A DNA stretch of 64,000 nucleotides from IMG/VR virus record IMGVR_UViG_3300028027_000002, positions 32,001 to 96,000 of that record; one strand, 5' to 3'. Shown here piece after piece: positions 41,632 to 50,933 of this stretch (its first letter is position 1; each line of letters starts with the position of its first letter). The position numbers and the translations under genes were made by a program. Source of the DNA: a virus. Under the pieces are notes generated by a model. It had not been told where the DNA came from, did no database searches, and was given only the letters and a program-made list of their open reading frames with translations.

Positions 41632-42224
41632 AATTAGCAGAGGCAATAGGAACTAAACTTCCAAAAACTATTTGTGCTATAGACGCAAGCACGAATAGCC
41701 TTGCCTTTGCTATTTTCGATACTCAACAAAAAACTTTAGAGTCAGTAGGAAAGATTACTTTTAAAGGCAAGAACACTTACGAAAAGGTTATGGATGCAGG
41801 ACAAAAGGTTAAACTATTCCTTGATATGTATGGTGGATTTGAGGCAATTGTAATTGAGCATACTGTATTTATGAATAGCCCTAAGACTGCTGCAGACCTT
41901 GCACTAGTTCAGGGTGCAATTCTTGGATCAGCAGGTCAGTCTGGAACCAAGACTATTGGCAAGGTCGCACCTATTACTTGGCAAAACTTTATTGGCAATA
42001 AGAAAATATCTAAAGATGAAAAACTATTTATTAAATCACAAAATCCAGGGAAATCAGAGTCATGGCTTAAATCTTATGAGAGAGACCTAAGAAAACAAAG
42101 GACTATCAACTTTATTAACATTAACTACGACAGATCAATCACTGACAATGATGTAGCAGATGCCTGTGGAATAGGCCATTGGGCATTAAAAAACTGGAAC
42201 AAGGCAATAGGAGAGGACATATAA
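41628..42224 (+). CDS. RuvC-like resolvase
   Basis: AIDASTNSLAFA, VIEH, DNDVADA.GI. Confidence 0.8.
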   Translation: MKLAEAIGTKLPKTICAIDASTNSLAFAIFDTQQKTLESVGKITFKGKNTYEKVMDAGQKVKLFLDMYGGFEAIVIEHTVFMNSPKTAADLALVQGAILGSAGQSGTKTIGKVAPITWQNFIGNKKISKDEKLFIKSQNPGKSESWLKSYERDLRKQRTINFININYDRSITDNDVADACGIGHWALKNWNKAIGEDI

Positions 42225-42868
42225 TGCCAGAGTTAAATGCAAACATTCCACCAATACACTGTTATGTAAGAGGAAACTACTTAAGAAACCATCAAGATAG
42301 CCACGATAAATATTTTGAATGTGTGGTATTTGGTGTTTCAAGTTTAAAGTCTAGAAGCCCTTTGTTTCATATCCTGATGCCAGATGGTGGACTTTGGTGG
42401 AGACTTCCAATTTCTGCATTCTGTACTGAGCCAGGCATACCTGAAGTAGATCTTCACAATTTAGTTTTGTGGAACTCGTTTAGCCACCATGTGTCCGTAA
42501 CTCAGTTTGAAAACTTAACAAACCTTAGAATGTCTTACATAGATAGAACAAAGACAATGCATAAGGGCACCTACCTGTTTACACTAGACTGGCACAACCC
42601 AGATACAAATGTTTTGGATGATGGGTATTCAGAGAGTCCAGCAGACCATAAGTGTGGTCATGTTATACAAAGAGATGACGGAAACTTTGCTATTCAGCCT
42701 AACAATAGGGTTAGGGTATACGAGCCATCCTTTACTCTTGAAAAAGAGTATTTGATTGATAGAATTATTAATGAAAGAAAATATGATGTTGAAAATCAAG
42801 ACAAGTGGATCATGGAAAACTCTGATAGGTTTAACTATGATATTAGCGAGAAAGAAGTTGACAATTAA
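42224..42868 (+). CDS. Hypothetical phage protein
   Basis: MPELNANIPP...YLFTLDW...HKCGH...QPNNR; SD GGAGAGG. Confidence 0.75.
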   Translation: MPELNANIPPIHCYVRGNYLRNHQDSHDKYFECVVFGVSSLKSRSPLFHILMPDGGLWWRLPISAFCTEPGIPEVDLHNLVLWNSFSHHVSVTQFENLTNLRMSYIDRTKTMHKGTYLFTLDWHNPDTNVLDDGYSESPADHKCGHVIQRDDGNFAIQPNNRVRVYEPSFTLEKEYLIDRIINERKYDVENQDKWIMENSDRFNYDISEKEVDN

Positions 42869-42872
42869 TACC

Positions 42873-43028
42873 ATGGGTAGTAGAATGTATACATCAGAAG
42901 TTTTTATGCGTAAGAGATATCTTGTGGATAAAAAAACACCAGAAGACATTGCAAAGGAATGCGGTTGCTCATTGGAGACCGTCTATGTCTACCTTGCTAA
43001 ATTTGGATTAAGGAAGTCAAAGCGATGA
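42873..43028 (+). CDS. Small HTH protein
   Basis: KTPEDIAKECGCSLETVYVYLAKFGL. Confidence 0.7.
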   Translation: MGSRMYTSEVFMRKRYLVDKKTPEDIAKECGCSLETVYVYLAKFGLRKSKR

Positions 43029-43147
43029 AAAAGATTAAATATGTTTTGTTTATACTGTCACTTGTTGCAGCGGTTGGTATCTCATATGCAACTTTGACAC
43101 TAAAGGGAATGCCAGATACTTTTGAAATGGAGGACGATGATGAGTGA
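43025..43147 (+). CDS. Small single-TM membrane protein (40 aa, not in ORF track)
   Basis: MKKIKYVLFILSLVAAVGISYATL...EDDDE; ATGA overlap. Confidence 0.6.
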   Translation: MKKIKYVLFILSLVAAVGISYATLTLKGMPDTFEMEDDDE

Positions 43148-43382
43148 AAGTCTAAATATCACAGTTGATCAAGTAAACAATCCACTACACTACACTTCAG
43201 ATCCATCTGGCATTGAGTGCATAGAGATTACTAGACACCGTAATTTTAATATTGGGAATGCTTTTAAGTACCTTTGGAGAGCAGGCCTCAAAGATGAAGA
43301 GAAAACTATTCAAGATTTAGAAAAAGCAATCTTTTATATCAAGGATGAAATCAATAGGTTAGAAGGTAAGTATGTCAACTGA
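43140..43382 (+). CDS. DUF3310 (SaV-like) protein
   Basis: VNNP.HY...ECIE...GNAFKYLWRAG.K...DLEKA.FY. Confidence 0.85.
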   Translation: MSESLNITVDQVNNPLHYTSDPSGIECIEITRHRNFNIGNAFKYLWRAGLKDEEKTIQDLEKAIFYIKDEINRLEGKYVN

Positions 43383-43914
43383 AGATGATTTAGTCAAGCA
43401 CCTTGATCAAGTGAATCAGGTAGTAGAAGAATACCTAAAGGGCAATGACCCAACAGTTATTTCTAAGCAACTTGCAATACCACGACAAAAGGTTGTCACA
43501 CTTATTAATGAGTGGAAAGTTATGGCATCTGCTAACGATGCTATTCGTGCTCGTGCTAAAGAAGCCCTTGCTGCTGCAGACACACACTACAGCAAGTTAG
43601 TATCTCGCACATACGAAGTTATTGATGAGGCATCAATGACAAACAATCTTAGTGCTAAGACTGCAGCAATTAAACTTGTGATGGATATAGAATCTAAAAG
43701 AATTGACATGCTTCAAAAGGCTGGGCTTCTTGAGAACAAAGAACTTGCAGAAGAGATGATTGAGATTGAGAGAAGACAGGAAGTTCTTGTCGGAATATTA
43801 AAAGACATAGCATCTGAACACCCACAAATAAGAGATCTAGTAATGCACAGACTTTCTTCTATTGCAAAAGAAGGTCAGGTAGTAACTATAGTTTCTGAGG
43901 TCCACAATGAGTAG
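43372..43914 (+). CDS. Putative terminase small subunit
   Basis: N-terminal HTH followed by coiled-coil helices, one gene upstream of terL; inferred from position. Confidence 0.55.
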   Translation: MSTEDDLVKHLDQVNQVVEEYLKGNDPTVISKQLAIPRQKVVTLINEWKVMASANDAIRARAKEALAAADTHYSKLVSRTYEVIDEASMTNNLSAKTAAIKLVMDIESKRIDMLQKAGLLENKELAEEMIEIERRQEVLVGILKDIASEHPQIRDLVMHRLSSIAKEGQVVTIVSEVHNE

Positions 43915-44440
43915 TTTAAACCAAATATCTATAATAGAGTTTAAAGATATAGGTTTAGAGTATGTTTTAGAACACTGCAATGATGAATCTTGGAAAGATG
44001 GTGGCGTTGCAAAATCTAGATATTCTGCAGAAAAAGGTGCTGCTATAAATAAAAGTATTAGAGATGTAAGAGTTGCTGACATGCCAAACTCATTTTACAA
44101 GCATTTAGATTCAGTAATCGAACCACATATAAAAAAATATGCTCAAGATAATAGGATAGACATATCAAAAAATACTGCGTACATAGTTACAAGATACAAC
44201 GAAGGTCAGTTTTTTGTTGAGCACACAGATTCAACAGAAGAGTTCCCAAGAAAAGTTTCTGCAATCCTCTACTTAAACGATAATTATGATGGTGGAACAC
44301 TAACATTTACAAAATTTAATAAATCATTTAAGCCTAAAGCAGGCAGTCTTTTTATTTTTCCATCTCACGAAGAGTTTTCCCACTCCGCTGATCCAGTTAC
44401 GAATGGAACTAAATATGTTATAGTTGGGTTTTGGGAATAA
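43907..44440 (+). CDS. 2OG-Fe(II) oxygenase (prolyl-4-hydroxylase-like)
   Basis: HTD...YLNDNYDGG...FP...H...K. Confidence 0.88.
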   Translation: MSSLNQISIIEFKDIGLEYVLEHCNDESWKDGGVAKSRYSAEKGAAINKSIRDVRVADMPNSFYKHLDSVIEPHIKKYAQDNRIDISKNTAYIVTRYNEGQFFVEHTDSTEEFPRKVSAILYLNDNYDGGTLTFTKFNKSFKPKAGSLFIFPSHEEFSHSADPVTNGTKYVIVGFWE

Positions 44441-46221
44441 TGGCAGACATGTTTGACGAATTCCTTGAAGCACTACAGGATGATCACTTTCAAGAGATGC
44501 CAGTAGACGCAAGAACATTTGTTGAGGGTGAGGCATACCTTGGCCAACCACCATTGTCTGATATCCAGTACGATATTGTTGAGGCCATGAGCCAAATCTA
44601 TCGTAAAGAAGATTTAATAAATCTTTTAGGTGAAGAAAAAGGATCAAGGTACTACGACAAGTACACAAAGAATGAAATCATTCTGCAACTTGGCAAGGGA
44701 TCTGGAAAAGACTTCACATCAACAGTAGCATGCTCATACATCGTATACAAACTTCTATGTTTAAAAGACCCAGCAAAATATTTTGGCAAGCCATCTGGAG
44801 ATGCTATTGACCTAATCAATGTAGCAATCAACGCACAACAAGCAAAGAATGTTTTCTTTAAGGGCTTCAAAACCAAGATTGAAAAGTCTCCTTGGTTTGT
44901 TGGAAAGTACAATGCAAAAGCAGACTCAGTTGAGTTTGATAAATCAATAACTGTTTATTCTGGTCACTCAGAAAGAGAGTCACATGAAGGCTTGAACTTG
45001 TTACTTGCAGTTCTTGATGAGATCTCTGGCTTTGCTTCTGAGATTGGAACAGGAAATGACCAAGGCAAGACTGCTGACAATATCTACAGAGCATTTCGTG
45101 CTTCCGTAGACTCTCGTTTCCCAGACTTAGGTAAAGTTGTTTTACTTTCATTTCCAAGATATCCAGGAGACTTTATTTCAGAAAGATATGATGCAGTAAT
45201 TGCTGAAAAGGAGTCAATTGAAAAGACTCACAGATTTATTATTAATCCAATCTTGCCAGAAGATGATCCAGATAACTACTTTGATATTTCCTGGGACGAA
45301 GATCAAATCCTTTCATACAAATATCCAGGAGTATTTGCATTAAAGAAACCAACATGGGAAGTAAATCCAACAAGAAAGATTGAAGATTTTAAGATTGCCT
45401 TTTTAACAGACATAGGTGATGCTATGCAAAGATTTGCATGCGTACCAACCTTTGCATCAGATGCATTTTTTAAACAGTCTGAAAAGGTAAGATCCTGCAT
45501 GACATTAAGAAATCCAGTGGACAACTTCAGAAGGTTTGATGAATCTTTTAAGCCAGATCCAGACAAGGTTTATTATGTTCATGCTGACCTTGCACAAAAA
45601 CATGACAAGTGTGCAGTAGCAATTGCTCATGTAGAAAAATGGGTAAATATTCAGGTAATTAATAATTATGAACAAGTTGCACCAATGGTAGTGGTGGATG
45701 CAGTTGCATGGTGGGAGCCAAAGGTCGAAGGCCCAGTTAATCTATCTGAAGTGAAGATGTGGATTCAGAACCTTCGTAGACTTGGATTTAATATTGGAAT
45801 GGTTTCATTTGACCGTTGGCAATCATTTGATATTCAAAATGAACTAAAGCAGGTAGGCATGAGAACTGATACTGTTTCTGTTGCCAAGAAACACTATGAG
45901 GATATGGCTATGCTTGTGTACGAGGAAAGACTTGCTATGCCAGCAATCGAACTTTTGTTTGATGAACTAACACAGTTAAAGATTATGAAAAATAATAGAG
46001 TTGACCATCCACGAAAGAAGTCAAAGGACTTGGCAGATGCCGTGTGTGGAGCAATATTTGGGGCAATATCACACACCCCAAAGGACCAAAATCAGGTCGT
46101 AGAAGTTCATACTATTAGTGATCGACCTAAGCAGGTTGACACAGGTAGAGACAATGTGATAGAATATAAACCTATGCCAGATGATGTAAAAGATTATCTG
46201 GATAGATTCAATCTACTATAA
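44440..46221 (+). CDS. terL: Terminase large subunit
   Basis: Walker A GKGSGKD, Walker B VLDE, nuclease HADLA..D, FDRWQS, DHP...KDLADA. Confidence 0.92.
   Translation: MADMFDEFLEALQDDHFQEMPVDARTFVEGEAYLGQPPLSDIQYDIVEAMSQIYRKEDLINLLGEEKGSRYYDKYTKNEIILQLGKGSGKDFTSTVACSYIVYKLLCLKDPAKYFGKPSGDAIDLINVAINAQQAKNVFFKGFKTKIEKSPWFVGKYNAKADSVEFDKSITVYSGHSERESHEGLNLLLAVLDEISGFASEIGTGNDQGKTADNIYRAFRASVDSRFPDLGKVVLLSFPRYPGDFISERYDAVIAEKESIEKTHRFIINPILPEDDPDNYFDISWDEDQILSYKYPGVFALKKPTWEVNPTRKIEDFKIAFLTDIGDAMQRFACVPTFASDAFFKQSEKVRSCMTLRNPVDNFRRFDESFKPDPDKVYYVHADLAQKHDKCAVAIAHVEKWVNIQVINNYEQVAPMVVVDAVAWWEPKVEGPVNLSEVKMWIQNLRRLGFNIGMVSFDRWQSFDIQNELKQVGMRTDTVSVAKKHYEDMAMLVYEERLAMPAIELLFDELTQLKIMKNNRVDHPRKKSKDLADAVCGAIFGAISHTPKDQNQVVEVHTISDRPKQVDTGRDNVIEYKPMPDDVKDYLDRFNLL
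46136..46165 (+). promoter_or_regulatory. SigmaA promoter inside the terL 3' end driving the surface protein gene
   Basis: TTGACA-18 nt-TAGAAT with extended TG. Confidence 0.65.
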
Positions 46222-46238
46222 ATAAGGAGAAATACCGA

Positions 46239-47378
46239 ATGAATTCATTCAAGAAAATCGCACTAGCCGTGGTTGCAGCCATGACTTTGGGCATGGTCGC
46301 AGTAGCACCTGCAAATGCTACAGTAATGACAGTAGCGGTAACACTAGATTCAGTAGCAAACACTACTAACGGTGTAATCGCAACACCTGCTACATTGCCA
46401 GTCCCAGCAGATAACACAATCGATGCAGCAGATGCACTACGCTTTGTGGCAACAGTAGCAGCAGGAACATCAGTTTCTGCAGTAGCAACTAACGCAACAA
46501 TCGTATCAGCACTACACACATCAGCAGCACCAGTCGGAGCATCGTCAGGATCATCATCTTTGACAATTGCAACAGGCACTGGAACAACTGCAACATTCTA
46601 TGTCTATACAAAGACAACAGCAATTGGCACAGTTGTAATCAACAACGGTGGAACAACTCTTACATACTATGTACAGGGTACTGCTGGCAAGATCAACAAC
46701 CTAACAGTTTCAGCACCTTCAGCAGGCGCAGCAGGAACTAAGCAGGATATCGTTGTAACTGCAACAGATGCATTTGGAAACAAGGTATCTGGCAAGTCAA
46801 TTACAGCAACCGTATTTGCTTCAACAGCAGTTATGGATACAGCAACAGTAACAACTGGTGCTACTCTAACAGACTTTGGAACAGCAACCTTTAAGGCTAC
46901 TCTTCCAACAACAGGAACACGCTCACTAATTACTTTTGCACCAACAACATCATCAGATGCAGTTGCAGCAGCAGTAGTTGGTTTGACTGCTCCAACACTT
47001 GCACCATTCGCAGAGATTGCAGTTCGTGATCTAGTATCAGAACTTGCTGCTGAGAAGGCTGCAAAGGATGCAGCACTTGCTGCTAAGGCTATTTCAGATG
47101 CTGCAGTTGTAAAGGCTAACGCTGATGCTGCTGCTGCACTAGCAACAGAGAAGGCAGCATCTGCTGCTGCTCTTGCTGCTGAGAAGGCTGCTTCTACAAA
47201 GGCTCTTGCTGATGCAAAGGTCGCTTCTGATGCAGCACTTGCTGCTAAGGATGCACAGATTGCCAAGTTGACTGCAGATAATGCAGCAGCACTTGCTTCT
47301 TTGAAGAAGGCATTCAACACACTAGCAAACAATTGGAACAAGAAGAATCCAAAGGCAAAGGTTACTCTAGTTAAGTAA
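46239..47378 (+). CDS. Secreted Ala/Thr-rich surface protein (Ig-like domain + coiled-coil tail)
   Basis: Sec signal MNSFKKIALAVVAAMTLG...ANA; ATDAFGNKV Ig-like motif; AEKAA repeats; SD AAGGAG. Confidence 0.8.
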   Translation: MNSFKKIALAVVAAMTLGMVAVAPANATVMTVAVTLDSVANTTNGVIATPATLPVPADNTIDAADALRFVATVAAGTSVSAVATNATIVSALHTSAAPVGASSGSSSLTIATGTGTTATFYVYTKTTAIGTVVINNGGTTLTYYVQGTAGKINNLTVSAPSAGAAGTKQDIVVTATDAFGNKVSGKSITATVFASTAVMDTATVTTGATLTDFGTATFKATLPTTGTRSLITFAPTTSSDAVAAAVVGLTAPTLAPFAEIAVRDLVSELAAEKAAKDAALAAKAISDAAVVKANADAAAALATEKAASAAALAAEKAASTKALADAKVASDAALAAKDAQIAKLTADNAAALASLKKAFNTLANNWNKKNPKAKVTLVK

Positions 47379-47392
47379 TTTAGTCCAACACT

Positions 47393-47425
47393 AAAGGGGT
47401 TGCCAATTATGGTAGCCCCTTTTTT
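47393..47425 (+). terminator. Intrinsic terminator
   Basis: AAAGGGGTTGCCA/TGGTAGCCCCTTT plus T run. Confidence 0.85.
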
Positions 47426-47484
47426 GTGCAATAAAATGGTATAATCATCCTATCAGACATCAGGTCTGCAAGGGGGAAAGGTAA

Positions 47485-49617
47485 ATTAAAAGACTAATAC
47501 GCATACTAGCAGCCACACTTTTAGCATTCGGCTGGCTCATTATCTCCCCAGAAGGTGCCCACTCTGACGATCCACTCACAGTTGCAGCCCAAGAAATACA
47601 GGAACTTAACGATAGCGTAGACGATCTTGGCTACCAAGATGATTTTATAGATCTTATAGATATAGCAGAAAACAAGTTCACCTATGCCAAAAATGCGATG
47701 GAACTTAGAGATGATTCCTACGATGCTCATGAGTATGCAGTAGAGGCAGAGACCACAGCCTTAGAAGCAAAGAACCTTGCCCAGTCAAATGTGGATGGTC
47801 AGACAGTCACAGTAGCCTTGGCCCTTGAACATAAAGACAACGCTCTTGAAGAAAAGAATGATGCTCAAGATGCACTAAGCATAGCCAATATTAATGTTCA
47901 AACCACTCAATCAAATATGCAGGCTGCTGCAGGGCAAGGTTTGGCATATACTGTCTATTATTTGACGAGAACATTCCCTGGAATAGCAACTCCAAGTGGA
48001 GTTATCTGTTCTGGTACCTGGAACTCAAGCAGCATGCAACTTCCAGTTTGCGGTAATAGATACGAAAACTTTATAGTTAAATTTACTGGACAGATAACAG
48101 TTCCAGAATGGTTCACATCAACAAAATTTGCAGGTTACACAGATGATGGATTCAAGATGTATATTGACGGACAACTTGCTATTGATAATTGGCAAGAGCA
48201 GGGAACAGAGTGGAGCCCATATTCACCAACCTATGATGTTACAACAGATAAGACTTTTAATGTAGAAATCTGGTGGTATAACGGTGGAGGGCCAGGTTCC
48301 TATCATCTTGGCTGGGCTATACCTGGTGGATGGACTGGAGCAGGATGTGATTATGCTGGAAATCCAAGAGTCTGGGGACAAAATTTTAGTTGTAATCTTA
48401 ATACATTTTCTTCTGGATCAGGACCAACTCAATCACAAATAAATGCTTACAATGATGCTGTTGCAGCACAGGCTATAGCACAAACAAACTATAACAATAA
48501 ATTGGCAGTATACAATGACAAACTAAGCGTATACAACTCTGAGAATGCAACACTGTCATCAATGAATCAGGTTTTGCAAACTAAGACACAGGAACATCTT
48601 GATGCCGTTGAAGATACAGAAGATGCTTTAGAGTTGAAGAATAGCAGAATAGAAATATACAATCAGTCAATCCTTGACTTAAATAATGCTATTAGTGATG
48701 CTTGGGAATATTATTATGATCAGGCAGAAAGAGAACTTAATGCTGCTATTGCTCAAGCAGCAGCAAATGCTGCAGCCAATCAGCCTACCCCAGAACCCAC
48801 ACCAGAACCTTCTCCAGAACCGACTGAAGAACCTACACCAGAGCCATCCCCAGACCCAACAGATGAACCGACTGAAGAACCTACACCAGAGCCATCCCCA
48901 GAGCCTACAGTAGACCCTACAGACGAGCCTACACCTGAACCTACCCCAGAGGTTACACCAGATCCAGAACCAACTGAGGAGCCAGTTGTAGAGCCTACTG
49001 AAGAACCTACACCAGAGCCTTCTCCAGAACCTGGACCAGATCCAGAGCCAGAAGATAATCCTTGGACTGAACCAGATGCAGAAATCAAAGATGAAGTATT
49101 GGCAGCCCTCATTCCTGAAAAGGGAACTGGTACATCAGAAGATTTATCTGGAGTTATTGCTAACCTTACAAGCAAGGATAATAAGTTAGTTACTCTTTCC
49201 CCTGAACAAGTTACAGCAGTTAGCCAAACACTCAAAGCATTGACGCAAGAAGCAAAAGTAGAAGTTGCAGAAGACCTTGGTATTAAGCCGTCAGAAGTTG
49301 CACAGATTGCTGAGCAGATGAAGTCTAACCCAGCACTGGCAGAAGCATTCGTTGAGTTTACAGATAGAGCAGAATCAGCAGGGGATACACCAATGCCATT
49401 TACATTAGCAGATGCAGTAACAGAAGTACAAACAGAGGCATTTCTTGAGGATCCACTTGGTGCAGTATTTGAAGTGGATGTAGCAGAACTCCTATCTAAT
49501 TTCTCTGAATTAGGTATGGACATGACAGATGATCAGAGAGAAAAAGCCCAGGAAGTCATTATCCCAGTAATCATTGTTTCACAGATTGCAAATGTAATGA
49601 TTGGGATGAGGAGGTAA
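47485..49617 (+). CDS. Membrane-anchored PA14-domain surface protein (probable ATT start; 710 aa)
   Basis: Frame open from ATT 47485 encodes a signal peptide; PA14 motifs (ENFIVKFTGQI, TDDGFKMYIDG, WYNGGG); Pro/Glu/Thr linker; C-terminal TM. Confidence 0.75.
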   Translation: MKRLIRILAATLLAFGWLIISPEGAHSDDPLTVAAQEIQELNDSVDDLGYQDDFIDLIDIAENKFTYAKNAMELRDDSYDAHEYAVEAETTALEAKNLAQSNVDGQTVTVALALEHKDNALEEKNDAQDALSIANINVQTTQSNMQAAAGQGLAYTVYYLTRTFPGIATPSGVICSGTWNSSSMQLPVCGNRYENFIVKFTGQITVPEWFTSTKFAGYTDDGFKMYIDGQLAIDNWQEQGTEWSPYSPTYDVTTDKTFNVEIWWYNGGGPGSYHLGWAIPGGWTGAGCDYAGNPRVWGQNFSCNLNTFSSGSGPTQSQINAYNDAVAAQAIAQTNYNNKLAVYNDKLSVYNSENATLSSMNQVLQTKTQEHLDAVEDTEDALELKNSRIEIYNQSILDLNNAISDAWEYYYDQAERELNAAIAQAAANAAANQPTPEPTPEPSPEPTEEPTPEPSPDPTDEPTEEPTPEPSPEPTVDPTDEPTPEPTPEVTPDPEPTEEPVVEPTEEPTPEPSPEPGPDPEPEDNPWTEPDAEIKDEVLAALIPEKGTGTSEDLSGVIANLTSKDNKLVTLSPEQVTAVSQTLKALTQEAKVEVAEDLGIKPSEVAQIAEQMKSNPALAEAFVEFTDRAESAGDTPMPFTLADAVTEVQTEAFLEDPLGAVFEVDVAELLSNFSELGMDMTDDQREKAQEVIIPVIIVSQIANVMIGMRR
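48781..49065 (+). repeat. PEPT/PEPS low-complexity repeats including a 48-bp-period duplication
   Basis: GAACCGACTGAAGAACCTACACCAGAGCCATCCCCA at 48817 and again at 48865. Confidence 0.85.
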
Positions 49618-49618
49618 T

Positions 49619-49825
49619 ATGAAAATAATAACAAAGGTTGTGAAGGGATTCTTCACATGGCTAAAAGATGCAGGGGTGGAGATAATCGCACAAGCCTTTA
49701 CCCTCCTTGGCTTCTTCATAGCGTGGCTAACTTTGACGGGATCAGCAAGAGACATTGTTGGTATTGCAGTACTTGCAACCACAATCATCTGGCTAATCAC
49801 AATCCCGCTAAGAAAGGAGGACTAA
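49619..49825 (+). CDS. Small two-TM membrane protein
   Basis: SD GAGGAGG; two hydrophobic helices. Confidence 0.75.
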   Translation: MKIITKVVKGFFTWLKDAGVEIIAQAFTLLGFFIAWLTLTGSARDIVGIAVLATTIIWLITIPLRKED

Positions 49826-49827
49826 AT

Positions 49828-50112
49828 ATGGCAACTAAAAAGGTAGTAGAGCCTCCTAAGAAGGAGCACCCACAAAAGGCAATCACTAATATTTTAATGA
49901 GAATCCTAGCAGTCTTTGCAGCATCTGGTCTATCAGTACTTGGTGCTGGAGCAGTGGTTGGAATTGACACAATGCAGGCAGTATTCTTAGCAGGACTATT
50001 AGGCGTAGCAACAGTCATTGAAAGACTGGCAAGGGCTTTTTTGGACGATGGAAAACTCACATTGGCAGAGATCAATGATGCGTTTAAGACGGTAGACAAA
50101 AAGGCTAATTAG
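49828..50112 (+). CDS. Two-TM membrane protein with EF-hand-like tail (holin-like)
   Basis: SD AAGGAGG; hydrophobic segments, then DDGKLTLAEI. Confidence 0.65.
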   Translation: MATKKVVEPPKKEHPQKAITNILMRILAVFAASGLSVLGAGAVVGIDTMQAVFLAGLLGVATVIERLARAFLDDGKLTLAEINDAFKTVDKKAN

Positions 50113-50128
50113 TCATTATTGACGGTAG

Positions 50129-50192
50129 TTGACAGCCCTCTCTGGGCAATGGTATACTTAAGTATCACCTATCTGGAGAGGGCTTTGTCATG
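50129..50192 (+). promoter_or_regulatory. Promoter inside an RBS-sequestering hairpin
   Basis: TTGACA-18-TATACT; arms TGACAGCCCTCTC and GAGAGGGCTTTGTCA, the latter covering the SD and the A of ATG 50190. Confidence 0.7.
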
Positions 50193-50714
50193 ACCTGTAT
50201 TGTTGCTTTACGCCATGAAGATAAAATTTATATGGCTGGAGATCGTGGAGCATCAGATGATGGTGTTATTCTTTCACTTGAATCACCAAAGGTTTGGAAG
50301 GTTGGACCTTACTTAATTGGATACGCTGGATCAATGGATGGTGACAGAATTAGACACAACTTTAGACCATCAGCACCCAACATTAAAGACACAGATAAAT
50401 ATATGCACACCAAGTTCATTAAGGAACTTCGTGAATTTTATAACGAGTTCTGGATTGACACATCTAAAGATGGCGAACTTAGTTTGATCATTGGTATTCG
50501 TGGAGAAATCTATGAGCATAGTTCTGGAGATATGTCTTTATCCAAGTATTCATTACCATATGTTTCTATTGGCTCTGGATCAGAGTATGCCTATGGTGTT
50601 TTATATGCAACAGACAAGCAAAAAAATGCAAGGAATAGAGTTAATCAGGCAGTATCTGCAGCAATTAAATTTAACCCATCGTGCATGGGACCAGTTGACA
50701 TCATAAGCGCTTAG
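50190..50714 (+). CDS. Ntn-hydrolase protease (HslV/proteasome beta-like)
   Basis: MTCI (N-terminal Thr), AGD, PKV, GYAGS, IGSGS. Confidence 0.8.
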   Translation: MTCIVALRHEDKIYMAGDRGASDDGVILSLESPKVWKVGPYLIGYAGSMDGDRIRHNFRPSAPNIKDTDKYMHTKFIKELREFYNEFWIDTSKDGELSLIIGIRGEIYEHSSGDMSLSKYSLPYVSIGSGSEYAYGVLYATDKQKNARNRVNQAVSAAIKFNPSCMGPVDIISA

Positions 50715-50729
50715 GGGTATACTTAATAT

Positions 50730-50933
50730 ATGAATCACACACATGATGATTTGTCACCTGAAGAACAAGAGTTCGGTATATGGCTTGAAAATGGTATTGA
50801 AAGAGGATGGGTAACTCCACCATACTGCAATACTCATGATGGCGGATACGAGTATATGGGTGAAGAAGAAATTGAGGAGTGGGACCAAGGTGGTGACCCG
50901 TGTTGTCATGTCGTAAGACTGATGATCTCATAA
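50730..50933 (+). CDS. Hypothetical protein (leaderless)
   Basis: W..GIERGW..PYCNTHDG...GGDPC; TATACT ends 6 nt before the ATG. Confidence 0.7.
   Translation: MNHTHDDLSPEEQEFGIWLENGIERGWVTPPYCNTHDGGYEYMGEEEIEEWDQGGDPCCHVVRLMIS

Noticed and set aside
42858-42886. TTGACA-17-TAGAAT promoter
   Set aside because: Its -10 lies inside the start of the HTH ORF it would be expected to drive, so its target is ambiguous; not listed as a feature.
35528-46221. Inteins or introns in dnaE, recA, terL
   Set aside because: Lengths are normal, frames are uninterrupted, and no intein splice or LAGLIDADG motifs were seen.
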